Assembly: GCA_013265495.1 (NCBI GenBank)
Contig: MU058141.1
Coordinates: 1 to 64,000, forward strand
Origin: Vicugna vicugna
Taxonomy: Eukaryota
Length of the DNA stretch: 64,000 nucleotides
Reading direction: 5' to 3'
Both the position numbers and the translations under genes were made by a program. Shown piece after piece: positions 36,663-49,935 of this stretch; the first letter of the stretch is position 1; every line of letters starts with the position of its first letter. The notes below the pieces were generated by a model, which saw only the letters and a list, made by a program, of their open reading frames with translations, made no database searches and was not told the DNA's origin.

Positions 36663-37754
36663 CTTGAAAAAAGAAAAAAAGATTCATTAGAGGGCCATCT
36701 AAAAACACCACATAAATAACAAGTGGAAGTACTCTAAAGGGGTTTAAGTTTTTTAGGTTTTCTGGAACAAGTTGGAATTTAGGATTAATTTTGGACTTCC
36801 ATAGATTTCCTTTTTGTTATGGCAGGGGGTGAGAGAAGATCGGTAGAGTTTAAGAACACTGATTCTCATTTATTTTTAACGCCGTGTGAAAGTCTTTTCA
36901 AATACAGTGACTTACCTATTTTTTTTTAAAGAACTGTTAAAAGATATTTCCGGATTGTACAGACATTATTTATACTTTGCATTAGTGACATAAGATGTAT
37001 AACAAATAGGCTCAAACTGAATTCAGCTTCAAATGAAACAAGAAGGGCAAAAATATGCCCAAATTTTTACATTCTTGTGCAATATTAAAAAGGCAGCTTT
37101 CTTCCCAAGATACAGAGTATTTGTTTCTGTTAAATAGCTTTGCTGATAGAGCTGCATAGATTTTTCTTTTAACTTATGAAGTTACTGGAAGGCCTTAATT
37201 ACTGAGAGAAAAAAAGACCACATTATTTAGACATTAAGGTTTAGAAATTTATGAGGTTTTCCATGGAAATATATATCATTCATGAGGCAAAAAAAAAAAT
37301 TGCTAAATCACGTGAGTGATCCAAGAGTGAATTCAAATTACTACATTGAATTAACTACAAAAACCACGTATGAATTTCAGCTAGGTGTATCTTTACAGGT
37401 GTAGACCCATAAGTAGAAATGTACACCACTCAGACAGGACATTTCCCTACTTCCATGAGAAGGTATCAATAATAATAATAAAATTATTTTAATAATCATA
37501 ATAATGAAAATAGCATAAAAGGTAGGAGAAAGTTAAAATCAAATTCCTCCTGGTTCTATTAGTTTCCTAGTCTCATTCACTATCCCCTAACATTTTGGTC
37601 ATGATCCTTTACAAATGATGATTTGGAGAAACATATGAATTCAATTAGATAAAGAAAGGAAGGAAAAACATCTTACTAGGTATATGTATGAAGAAATATC
37701 TATATTTATTTAGTCTCATTAGAACAGGTATTTAAAAGATAAAGGATTTTTTAC

Positions 37755-38110
37755 TGGTATGGACTAAATGCATCCCCTAAAGATTCATATGTCACAGCCT
37801 AGGTAAATTCCCAGTATGAGAGAATACAGAGGTGCAGTCTTTGGGAAGTAGTTAGGTTATGGGGGTGGAACTCTCATGAATGGGATTAGTGCATTTACAA
37901 AAGGAGACAGGAGAGAGATGCTTGTTTTCTGCCACGTGAGGATACCAGAGAAGACTGCTGTGTGCGAACTAGGAAGCATGCCCTCACCAAACATGAAATT
38001 GGCCTGTGCTTTGCTCTTGGACTTGCCTGTCTCCAGACTATGAGAAATAAATTTCTGTGGTTTAAGTTACCATCCTATGGTATTCTGTTATAGCGGCCTG
38101 AACTAAGGCA
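37755..38110 (+). mobile_element. MaLR solo LTR (MLT1A-like) in CDH10 intron 11, antisense to the gene
   Basis: tggtatggactaaatg...gagaaataaatttctgtggtttaag...gttatagcggcctgaactaaggca. Confidence 0.85.
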
Positions 38111-38779
38111 ATTGTATAATTTTGTAAGGTGGTATTAAATTGTGTTTTCTCTTTTATTAACTTAGAACTGTAAGACTTATCCTCAAGCTTGTGTGAGAAG
38201 GCAAACCAGGGACTTTATTTTAGTGGGATAAAAAAGAACGCTTTCATCCATTGATAAGTGTTCTTGACCTTCAAAGTGATTAAAAAATAAATAAGCCCTT
38301 ACCAAGAGAAAGAAAATGTTTATTCTTAAGTTTTTGAGAAAATGTGACCTTTTATTTTGGCTAAATTCATGTATACGTGCAGGCAAAGAAACTTGTGACA
38401 TAAATATTTTAAACCTCAGATTATTTATTATCAACCAAATGATCTTACCCAGTAAAGAAGGTTCTGATAATGAGGACAGTGCAATTTACTAAGATTGGCT
38501 TCAAAATCCCATACAGTGTTTTTTGATTAGGGTCACAGGAATACTCACAATAGTTTTAAGATAACACAACTAGAGAATAAACCTTATCTGATTTTTAACT
38601 TAAAAGCAGTTGAAAAGCAATTTACTCTGGGTTATAAAATCAAGTATTGTTGTTCTAGGGACGAGCGAACCAGGTAAAGGGTTATTTTAATCTTATTTCA
38701 GTGAAAAGTTAAGATAGTGAGTCCATCCAGCTTTAATATGAAAAAAGTGAAAATAAACTTTAGATTTATTGAAAAACTA

Positions 38780-38930
38780 CATACAGTGATTAACAGCAAG
38801 GTGCCTTGCCTTGGCTCAGCACCTCAAAACTGTGTAACTTTGGGAAATGTTTTAAACATCTCTAACGTCTCAGTTTCATTATTTGTAAAAGAAAGGTAAC
38901 GAGTATCTGATCAGGTAAAATATGTCATTA
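38780..38930 (+). mobile_element. MIR
   Basis: tgtgtaactttgggaaatgttttaaacatctctaacgtctcagtttcattatttgtaaaa. Confidence 0.65.
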
Positions 38931-39069
38931 TAAACAACATTCCACAGTTAATTTATCTCTGTCTTAAATTTGGAGTTAGATTTGGGGGAAGTATTTTCAC
39001 AGCAACGTTTCCTTACGAACGCGGAGAAGCCATCTAGGAAATAGTCCCATTTCCTCTAAAGTTTCTTAC

Positions 39070-39321
39070 CCAGCAGAATAATGATGCAGAGCAGAATGGC
39101 GATAAGGGCCCCTGTGCTGAGGCCGGCGGGAAGGAGCAGGGCTTCGGCGCTGCAGGACTGCATGTTGCCCTGGCTGTCGCAGGCGCACACTCTGATGGTC
39201 AGCGTGCCTGTGCTGCTCTGAATCGGGTAATCGTTGTCTGATATCACCACAGGCAGGAGATAGGTACTTATTTCATGTCTATTGAATCCATTTTTTCTGG
39301 TTAAAATTCTGGCAGTATTAT
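39070..39321 (-). CDS. CDH10: Cadherin-10 exon 11, 252 nt, end of EC5 and most of the TM helix: (D)[83 protein letters not shown]
   Basis: Type II cadherin VCAC...SC and [13 protein letters not shown] motifs. Acceptor tttattttag|AT and donor G|gtaaga. Confidence 0.96.
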
Positions 39322-41032
39322 CTAAAATAAATTTTAATATATTACAGAGGGCTTGGGAGAGCACCTGTCTCATCCGGATCACCAGGGTTCGACACATAAA
39401 TAAAGATGTTTATGTAAAATACAAAACTGATATCAATTTCCGTATCAACTGTATACATGGCAATCAAATACAGATAAGATAAATGAGATAGTTTGAGGAA
39501 TCTAATATACGATTACTTATTTATTAGGTTTTTGATGAATTCTCAGATGTTTTCAAAATGGTGAATTTTTATGAGTGAATCATTTATCAAGACTACAGAG
39601 ATGTTAGCATATTGTTTTTTGAAGTTTTCAGAAAATGGAAATACTACACATACCAAGAAAAAAATCATAATAAACGTTTTGTATTTACAAATGTATGTCT
39701 GCCCACACGAACCCCACATGAATCTAATATTCATGAAGAAAAATGTGGTTGAGTCCCAATACATAAAAAGCAGTGAGGAAGTTACTTAATATTTTTGAAC
39801 TTTGATTTCCACTCATTAAAATGAATACAATGTGTAATTCAAAGTATTGTTGGAAGACAGCTAATGTGGAGCGCCTAACGGACACACAGAAAGAAGTAGG
39901 GACTTAATACAGGCTAGCATCCTACTGCCCACTGTATTGCTACTGATATGTCCTTTATCTGATAATTCACCCAGTATCCTTAAATGCAGGTTTTGGGGTT
40001 AATAAAAAAGTTTCTTCTAGTTCAATATAGCAAATATTTAAAAATAATATCAATATACACTTGGATGATAATTTCCTGTTTTGTTTGTCCAATGTGCATA
40101 CTAGTCTTGTTTAGCCAATGCCATAGGGCTATTAAAAATGCCAGTGTAGGGAAGGGAGTGAGTTAGTCAATTGCTAAATCAAACAGGACAGCCAGAAAGG
40201 AAAAAAAAGGAACAATTTTTTTGCAGGTATAGTGGTTGAACACAAAATAATCATTTCCTGAATTATTAGTAAGTTAAATCTCACTACATCAGGTAACTAC
40301 ATAAGCTTGGGAAAGTAACAAAATAGAAGATGTGCATAAGCAAATTTTAAAAATAAAATGTAATCCTGATAATTCTGCAATTTTTACTTTCTTCCAAGAA
40401 GTATTAGGATATAATACTCTCTCACACCTATGCTAAAATGAACATTTATATATATGTGAGTATTTTCAGAATCTTCTTGCTTTATATTTTGAAATTTTTT
40501 CAATGGTTTCTAATTCTTAACTTTGCCTGCAACAGCGTTGCTATATTAAAGAATCAAAAGAAGTTTTACCCTAAACTAACCATTTCATTTAGATCACTTT
40601 ATTAAACAGTCAGAAAGTCATCATCTAATAATATTTTTGACCTGTGAGTTAGTGAAAAGTGAGGGAAACTTAATGGGATATGAAGTGTGGTATCACAGAA
40701 GCAGATTTATTAAAGAGAGAAAAGAATGATGTAGAATTAAAAACTTTTAGGGTGAAATTATAGATAAATGCAAGGGTGTTTACGCAAGAAGAGCAGCTTT
40801 AAGGTGACGTTGTCATTGGAATTTCTTTTAAAATTCACCCAATAACATAAAATAGTGAATTTGTGCAGGATTAGATCAAACTTCCATCACACTTCAGTGG
40901 TATTCTATTTAATGTACGTTCGGGTTTATATTTATATGGCTTCAGATCTTGCTTTGAGTAACTTAAATAGGATCAGGAACTCTTCTTAATATCAAAAATG
41001 GCACTATTTATCAAAAATTAATTATGATCATC

Positions 41033-41665
41033 TGTGGGTTCGTCACCTGTTGTGGGTTCTGGCCAGCAGAAGTCCCACCGAGATGGAATGAATTACTTAA
41101 GACTCTGGGGAAAAGTCCAGAGAGTGAGAGGGAGTCAGGAGCCAACTCCATGAGCCTCTCAAATCTCTCATATTTATTGAGTACAGTTGAAGCAGGAATT
41201 TAGGGACAGACAGGGTGGGATCACAATGAGTACAAAGGCTTTGTTTATTGTTGGTGTTTGGCTCAAGGTCAGAAGACCCTTTTTGGTGAATCATAATTGT
41301 GTTGAGCCTTTCAGCTTATCAGGGCGGAATGTATGAGAATCAGCTGCTTGACAAGATTTTCTTGGACTCAGGTGGCTGTGCCTGTCTCAGGTTGCCCCCT
41401 CAAAGGGTCTTCCCCGTCATTGGCTAACCAGCCTTCTCACCTCTGAGTCTGCAGCTTTTTATAAGTTGTTTACCATCCAGCCCAAGGCTGTTTTAGGGAT
41501 AGAAGACTATCTAACAGCAGGCATGCCCAGCGTTTATAGCCGAGGGCCTGGGTCATTGCTAAAACCTCAACTATGCAAGCAAGGTGGTTACTAAGCACAT
41601 CTTCTTCAAGGAGATAAGTGGCTGGGGTCTGTTACAATTTGTTAACCCTATCATGGGCTCCCACA
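41033..41665 (-). mobile_element. ERV2 (betaretrovirus-like) solo LTR in CDH10 intron 10, same strand as the gene
   Basis: Terminal inverted repeats TGTGGG...CCCACA. Perfect 6-bp TSD ATCATC (41027-41032 and 41666-41671). AATAAA on the minus strand at 41173-41178 and 41244-41249. CCAAT at about 41419-41423. Confidence 0.85.
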
Positions 41666-43007
41666 ATCATCCTTGAGTTGCTTCCCCAGTAACTGTGAAA
41701 TGCTGTGATAAGACAACACCATTTTGGGTCTCTATTACTTTTTAAAATTGAGAGGTGGCTTGTTGAAATCCAGGGCTCAGTTTAACAGGAACATAAAACA
41801 AGTGAAAATACAATTAAAAAGAGGTACAATATTGTCAATTCAGTACTGAGAATGTCCAATCTAAATTCCATGTTTAGGTTACCAGATTCAGCAAATTAAA
41901 ATGATGGATGTTGTTTTTCTTAAATTCAGATGTAAGTGGGCATTTTGTATTTTATCTACCAACTCTGTTAATTTTTCCAATCACAATTATTTTAGGTGTC
42001 CAGAGGGATGGAAATTATTAATTCAGAAGCTCAGATTTGGTAAACAGATGTTACCAACCAATGTTGTCCCTTCAACTGATTTGTGCAAAGTTTCCACAAT
42101 ACCAAATATAGTTGCTCAGTGTAAAACTATCCATTATCTGAAACTACTTTCTGACATCCTGAAAGCCTCCTAGATAGGTACAGGGACCTGACTCTGCCAG
42201 CATACACGCGCAGTTAGGAGTTATTTTAAGTATGCCAGTGTAGTTATTAGAGTTATTTTAAGAATAACTATATCTATAGCCGCTCTAAAACAAGTATGTC
42301 TTTTAAACAAGAGCTAGATGATACAATTAGTTTTAACATAAATTTATCAAAAAGCTCTAATTACATACTTTTGTTTAGACTAGAATAATTACATGTTTTC
42401 CAAAGAATAAAGCTGTTCATTTTTTTAAAAAATAGTAACCATCTTCATATTTTTCCTCAAAAATATGTTTCTGCCTTTTTTAAGAATGCAAGAGATATGT
42501 TTAGTTTTTTTGATCACAGAGATATTATAAAAGTCATCTATTACACAGGAGAATAGTGTTTGCCATTGCAGTTAGGCCTTTGCACTCAGCCCTTTCACAG
42601 GTGAATGTGGCAACTTCTCTTTCTTATGCTTCTCTTATTTTGGTGAATCAGCTGCTGCTAAATCTCACAGAAGTTTACACAGGAGTCTCACTGAGTCATT
42701 CATTTCCCTATAGGTGTGTCCTACAATTTTGTTATAGGAAATGATTATTCCGAGTCTTTCTAATGTTTGCAATATTCAATCTTTTCATTAGTACTCATAT
42801 AGAGACTTCATTCATATATTTTATGATTTTAAAATTCAAGAGATTAAACACTATCAATTACTGTAATATCTCATTAAAAATCTAATGAAAACAAAAATTT
42901 GTAACACATTTATAAATTAATATATCATGTATATGGTAGTTGTTACCTTGGGGAAAATTTCTGGTTAACGTCACCTTAAATCACAGTGAACACGTTCTAA
43001 AATTTAC

Positions 43008-43116
43008 CTTCATTGTCTTGTACTGTGAAGTTTGGATTGACAGCAGCTAAACTGAAGAAAAATTTCTGTCCACCTAAAGGATCATCTTTGTCTACTGCAC
43101 TTATAGTCTGTATTAG
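43008..43116 (-). CDS. CDH10: Cadherin-10 exon 10, 109 nt, EC5: [36 protein letters not shown] (absent from the ORF track, translated by hand)
   Basis: SAVDKDD motif. Acceptor tctcttctgcag|CTA and donor AAG|gtaaat. Joins exons 9 and 11 in frame. Confidence 0.95.
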
Positions 43117-46100
43117 CTGCAGAAGAGAGAAAAATGTATAGTTATCAAACTTCCTTGAGTATAATCTGCTTTATAATATGTAATTTTTAACATCCACTTT
43201 GTCTAACATTTTTAAAAAGCAATTGATTTTCTTCCTTGTGCGCGTATCTTTACCTGAGTTATTCCATCTTTTTGTTATTACTTTGATTTTAACGTCTCCC
43301 TCACTGTTTATATCTGCTTCTATTTCCCCTAAATATTATCCATTATTTGTATTAAAATAATAAATAATAATGTTGTATTCTTTAAAGTTTTATTTAGATA
43401 TAGCATTTGAACTGAGTAGGTTATTTCATTTAAACATTGACCTGGAAGAGTTACTTAATGTAGGAAAATTTAAAAAATTACTGTAATTAAGGCTTTCCTC
43501 CTCATCAAAAGTAAGGTGAAAACTATTCAAAGAATGTAGATTTTATAAACAATATATGTTACTTTATTAAGGAAAGACAAACATCACCTACTTTAACAGT
43601 AACTGTTTACTTCATCTGCACTTTCAATCAAATTATGTATTTTTAAGTTCCACATATACATACTATGGGGAATGGTTATTTTATAAGGGTAAATGCTTGG
43701 ATTTATTTTAGGGTAAGAATATAAGAAGCCTTCTCATAACAAAGTAGAAAATTTAACACCTTATGCTATAATCAGATAACTGCTTTGAACATATTATATA
43801 ATTAATATTATTCATATATGTAACAAGTATGTATTTTTACATATATATCAATTTCATCTTTAATTTATACATATAATAACATTTTATGTATTTTTGCATA
43901 TTTCAATTTTCAGGAAGGCTTCAGAAGTTTTAAATATGTGTATCAATACCTATAGAAGTGGTCAAATTTATGCTAACTGAAAGGAATATATTTTTACTGT
44001 ATTAACTCAATATTGTGTTGATACTTGATGGAAATATTTGTTACTGGTGTTGATTTAAAAAGGGATTTTTAAGCTTGAAAAATAATGTAAAATAATTCAA
44101 AAAATAAGAAATTATTTTAACTATTCTATATTAAGTTTTCCTATAGGTGTCTTATAAAAATAAAAAATGTGGTAAAATTGAGGTACTCCCTAATCATTTA
44201 TTTCAAAGTGATACAAGAAATATAATTGGACCAAAGATAAACGCTGATTGTCTAGAAGTAATTAGCAAAAAAAGATTCAAAACTTTAAATCATTTAAAAT
44301 ACATATTTAAAAATATAGCATAACTGCTTTATGAAATTTTTAGTATTGACTTAAGATTAAATAGAACCAAGAATTTATGGCTAATGGCATATCCAGTCAA
44401 TAAAAAAACCAAAGGATGGTAAATATATGAAGGAATTAAAGAGAAAAATGTTAAAATAATTTTAGCCAATACCCTTGGGAAGGTATCTATTCAGTTACAA
44501 AAATATTTCTTAACTGACTTTTGTTTGTGGAGCAGTCTCAAGGATTTTATTTTCAAATAGCAACTTACAGAATAAGTTGAAGAGGGGAAAATGACATAAA
44601 GGAAACAACATATCAAGAAAGACAGTAGGCTAATGGAAATTCTTATGTTCCTATATGTAAAGATTAATATGTTAACTCTCACATACAGATGCATAAAAAT
44701 GATAGAAATGTAAGAGTAGAGCTAATGGTCTTTTAAAATAAAAACTACAATTTTCCTAATAAATTTACATTTGCAGCTGTGATTACAAATTACAATTCCA
44801 GTTCATTTTTATGGACCAGAATAACACAATTCAGAGAACAAAATGACCCACATCTTTACATATCTCTATAAGAAATTATAAAGGTTTACATAAAAATTCT
44901 CAATTAAAATGTGCTATTTTAACGAAAGACGGTAGCATTGTATATGGTCGCAATATGTCAGTGACCCATTAGTATATTTTCATTAAATATTATAATGGGA
45001 ATAAGTAAAATTCATTTAATAATACAGACAAAATAGAATCACATGCTGTAAATCAATATCATATCACAACATATTTTTATGACCAGAAGACTTTTTTTAT
45101 GCAGATGGAGGCACTTCCTTTACAAGATAGATTTTTTTCTTTGAGACATAACTTAACTTGGCTTTTAGCATCCAACTTCTCTATATCCAGCAGTCACCTT
45201 TCAATATAGCCTTCCTTTCCATTTCCAGTCAGACATTAAAAACTCACATTTTGTTTTGGCATATGTACCATAAAAAGTTGCAATTCCACTGAGAAATTGG
45301 CAACAAAAAGGAGATAAAACTCTCTTTTCTGTATAAGCACTCACTATTTTATTCTACTGGAAACAAATTCATTTTGACTCACTTCAAATAAAAGAGGTTC
45401 CACAATTAGGGAAATAAAAATACAGGTGATGTCCAGTATTCATTCTGAGCATATGAAAATGAGACAGACAAGTCATTTATATTTTATCTCCTCAGCAATT
45501 ACGTAATTGGTTTGTATTTTCACAAGGCAGTTTTAATATAATCTTAAATCAGCTTGAGAGGTGTTTCAGTGATCGTATTATAAGGGAGTGTGAGATGAAG
45601 AAAGGAGTTTAAGATATTTAGTTAGAAAAATAGCCACTAAGTTTTAATGTTGCAGCTTTTTCAGTGAAAAGACTCGTAGTTTATGCTGATGAAAAAATTC
45701 CCTTTGTTCTGGTAAAAAGTACTCTTTTTAGTTGTTAGGAAAGTAACTAAACACCATTCTATGGAAAACATGTAATGAGATCTGGGGAGTTAATAAGGGC
45801 CTGGAGCTTGGATACTATCGATGGGTAAACATAAGCTGCACTTCTCCCTGGGGAGACTCCCTGGGAGATGTCCTGTGAGACTGAAATGCTATTGCCTTCT
45901 CACAGAAATTAAAAATATTTATTAAAACATATTTTATTGAAGGAGTAAGGCATGTATAAGGGGAATTGGAAGAAAAGAGAAACAGCCAGTCCTCTCTTCT
46001 CTCCTTTCCCAAGGTCCCCTGACTCTCTATGAGATGGAAAAGATGGGAGTCGAGTTGCCCAGTTCAGGCACAAGAAAGGACTATTAATGTCACATCAGTT

Positions 46101-48013
46101 GTATGTTTCCCCAGGAAAAGTCTTCTATCCTTAGGCCAGGGAATAGACAAGAAAGGAGGAGGGGGCAGCAATTAACTTTACTTCTGTCTCATTGCATCCA
46201 CACGCCAAGTGAATGGAATTATGTTCCATGTTGCTCTAAGTGCTACTCTTAAAGAGAACTTAATTCAGAGGAGTACTACTCTATCAACAACGAAAGCACA
46301 CCCAGAAGTCCCCCCAAATCTCCCACTTCCCTAGAAGGAGGGAAGACAACAGTTAAATTAATTTCAAGAAAGGCTCAGTGAAGGGGTGCTTTATTAAATA
46401 ACCACTTGGCTTTTGCCAGCTAGGATGTCATAACCTAGAATTCCATTACTGAGTATACAACAATTTAGTTCAAGCAAACATTTTTTCAACCTGTGAGACC
46501 AAAAGGACATCTAACAAACTGGTCTTACTAAAACTAACGACTATGGGAGGCTGTTACACTTACAGCCAATTAGAAGAAAATTATTAGTCATGTTCTTCCT
46601 GTCAAGTTTGTCAAAACAGGCTTACCACTTTTTAAATTAAAATCATCTTTGATTTTATAATGTTCCCTCAGTATACCAACTTGTTTTTAATAGTTCAAAA
46701 AGTATAAAATTACTGAACCAGATAGAGGCTGAAAAAAGAAGAAAAAAAGCATAAGGAAAATAAACGCAATCCCTTATTTTGTATATTTTGAATACATTTG
46801 GAAATCAATATTTATAAGGACTCAAAAGCTCTGAAAAGATATCTCTTGAAAATCAAATAGAATAACCACAGAGGAAGCAATGTATGCAGCAGTTGCCAAA
46901 TGGATAATTTATCTTGTAGAGAAAAGGCTTCAGCTTATATCATGCTGAGCCTGCCAGGCAGAGGACTATTTGGAATGCTATTTTTAGGGCACACCGTTTC
47001 ATTAAGAAGTAGGTCGGAAGTAGCTAAGTCATTTAAACATTCCAAATTAAACATTTCCATAACATTTTCAAATAAAAAAAAATGAATCCAATTGCAGCAA
47101 TTCTACCATTTCAAACAATAGACAGGCTATTGAATTCCTATTAGAATCTTCTGAAGGGAGAAGTTGAGTTCTTCCACAGTGTAATTTGCATAAAAATGTA
47201 ACAATGACATTGATGTTTATAAAGAGCATCAAATGATGTCAAAACACAATACAGTTTCGTGATGGCTTCTCTTTCTCTAATAAAACACATTTGGTTCCCA
47301 ATTATTATTTATAACATGCAGCTTCCTTCTGTGAAGACAGCACTCAAATCAATTAAGAGCATTTCTTTCAGCCATACAGGCTGGAGCTTTTCAAACAACA
47401 AAATGAGTCCACTGAGGAAGGACTCAAAGAGTTATAAACAAAGCTGGTGTAGGAAGAATGTTTTAAAGGATGAAAACTAAGTCATTAAGCACTTTATGTG
47501 TTGCCATAATGATGAAAAGCAAATACAAGTCTTAGGCGTGAACTCTGCGGTCTTGCTTCAAAATCGTATTTGCATACGTTGGGATATTGATGGGATATTT
47601 GCTGATCCCCAGTATTTGTCTCTGTTTTCCCCATTTTCATTTCCCATCTCTCAAGCACTTACTAATATTTATGTAATGGCACAGCAGGGTCTATTTTTCC
47701 TTTTGTTCGAAAGTTGAAAAAGTTGTTTCTTCTTATACCTTAACTTTCATGGCTACGGTAAAATTTCATATTTACATTAGAGCTTTACGAAGGACATATG
47801 AAATGTGCTATACTGTTATTTCAAACGTTTTCAACCCTAAAAACATCAGGCTTTGGTCCTGATGGTCTGTTTTTAATTATATTAATTTTTAATATAATTG
47901 CTGGGACTTTATATGAACAATTTTATTTCTTTACTCATTCCTCTCAAGATGGGGGCAAAAATTAACGTGCCTGTTAAAATCTTCTTACCCTTTAAAATCC
48001 TTTGAGTACTTAC

Positions 48014-48135
48014 CTGTCCTGGTCTGGCATTTTCACACACAAAAGTGTCATAGAACACAGCAAATTGTGGGGCATTATCATTAACATCCAAAATTCTCAC
48101 AAAAACAGCCACCCGAGTCATCTCTTTGGGATTGT
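48014..48135 (-). CDS. CDH10: Cadherin-10 exon 9, 122 nt, EC4/EC5: (N)[40 protein letters not shown]
   Basis: DVNDNAP cadherin signature. Acceptor ccttttctag|AC and donor CAG|gtaagt. Confidence 0.96.
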
Positions 48136-49679
48136 CTAGAAAAGGGAAAGGAAAAATGTGTTTATGAAAATCATTCGTACACCAGATTTAATTTATGTAA
48201 GCAACTTGTGGATATTAAGTGCTCACATACAAATAAGCATCACATTCATTCTACTAACTTAATGAGCAAATGCAATAAAGAGAATTACTGCAGAGCCTAA
48301 TTAAACAGCCATGAATTCAGTTATTACTGGGCTCAAGAGTACTAATAATATTTTGAAAAATAATTTTAAAAGAACAATCCACTGTAGTGGGGTTCATACT
48401 ATACTTGAGTCCTTACTCCCCAAATATATAAAATAAGAACATATTTACTAAATCTTTATCATATGTCATAATATTACTTAATTTATAACTTTTTTTTTTG
48501 GATAGAGTAGTTTTAAATAAATTAGTAACTTGCCCAAGGTCATCTCCTAAATCATAGTTGTTGAATTACAATGTACCCTTCTGACTACTACTTTTATCAC
48601 TAAAATGTGTTTCAACAGTTATTCTCAATTCTCCTTTTGGAAATTTTAATATATAACTACTAATTTTACAAATTGGATGGAAATTAACAATGAAATACAA
48701 GATTTAAAATATCTCATTAATATAATTATTACTGGTACCATTTCAACAATCCAGGCTCAATTTTGTTAGCAAAATTAGCTAAAGAGTAACATGTAGTATA
48801 ATAATCACGATTTTATTTTGTTAAAAATCAAAAGCATCAAAGTTTCCACATATAAATATGCATTTAAAAATTGTTTTGATTTGTAAATGGAACTTTAAAA
48901 TATAAATGTCTATTTAGCCTAGCTTTGGGTAACAACCTCATATTAGTCATAATTGTATTATCTCTGCCATGGATTTTTCTAGGCATGTGTACTGATATCT
49001 GAGACTGTTTTGGCATCTTAAATTCAGGTTATAGTCATCAGCCTTAGTGATATTAACATCTCAGTCTCTGGATATGTTTCACCTTCTGTGTGAACTCTGA
49101 CAAAGTCAAGCTGAAGATCACTATAAAAAGAGAAAGGTGATAATTAGCTAAAAACAAAGCAAAACAAACAAACAAAAAATAGCACATGAGCTGAGGGACA
49201 GTAGCAATCTTATTAAATGGCCTCTACCAACATGGGTTATGAGTAATATTTACCCTTGGGAAATTTATCTAACTTTCCAATTTTATCTAAATACTTTTCA
49301 GATACAGTGTTAAAAAATATTGTCAGGTACAAATAGAGAGCATCACTACTCAAAAAAAAATTTACTTCTCCTCTTTTTCTTCCATGTAATTATAAGGTTA
49401 CTAAAATAATGAAATCAGCACTTTTTAAAAATAGCATGTAAGTACTGATTACTTGGCAGGGACGTTTACAAGGCTGAAATAATATGAAAGAAGGAAGACA
49501 GAATTCTAAATCCACTTGAAGTGTATTTACCTTTCCTTCCTCTCTTCAAGGGAAACTTTAAAACCCATTCCCTCTTTAACATTCTTGTTCAGTCTTTCTT
49601 CGGTCTTCTTAACCCATATGCATTCAGTTCTCAGGTCTTATTTCATACTTGCTAATCTACTGCTGCATATTGTTCACCT

Positions 49680-49935
49680 CTTAGTGTGTTAGGTGCTTAG
49701 AGTTTACACCCTGGAGTCAAAGAGAGCTGCTTTGATTCCCACCATTCATTCATCATGTGACTTTGGCCAGTTTACATACTCTCTCTAATGCCTTGATTTT
49801 ACTCCATATGAATCAAAATCAAATTTCTAATCTTATAAATGATTTGAAAAATTACGTGAGCTAATGCGTGAAAACTTCTTATCAAAGTATCAGTTCTTTG
49901 GTAAACACCAGCTACCAACACATGTTGACTTTTAT
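49680..49935 (+). mobile_element. MIR
   Basis: ctggagtcaaagagagctgctttgattccc...gtgactttggccagtttac...gtgagctaatgcgtgaaa. Confidence 0.6.

Noticed and set aside
45770..46450. GC-richer LTR-like stretch in intron 9 (similar at about 1680-2080)
   Set aside because: No clear termini or TSD, so I could not assign it.
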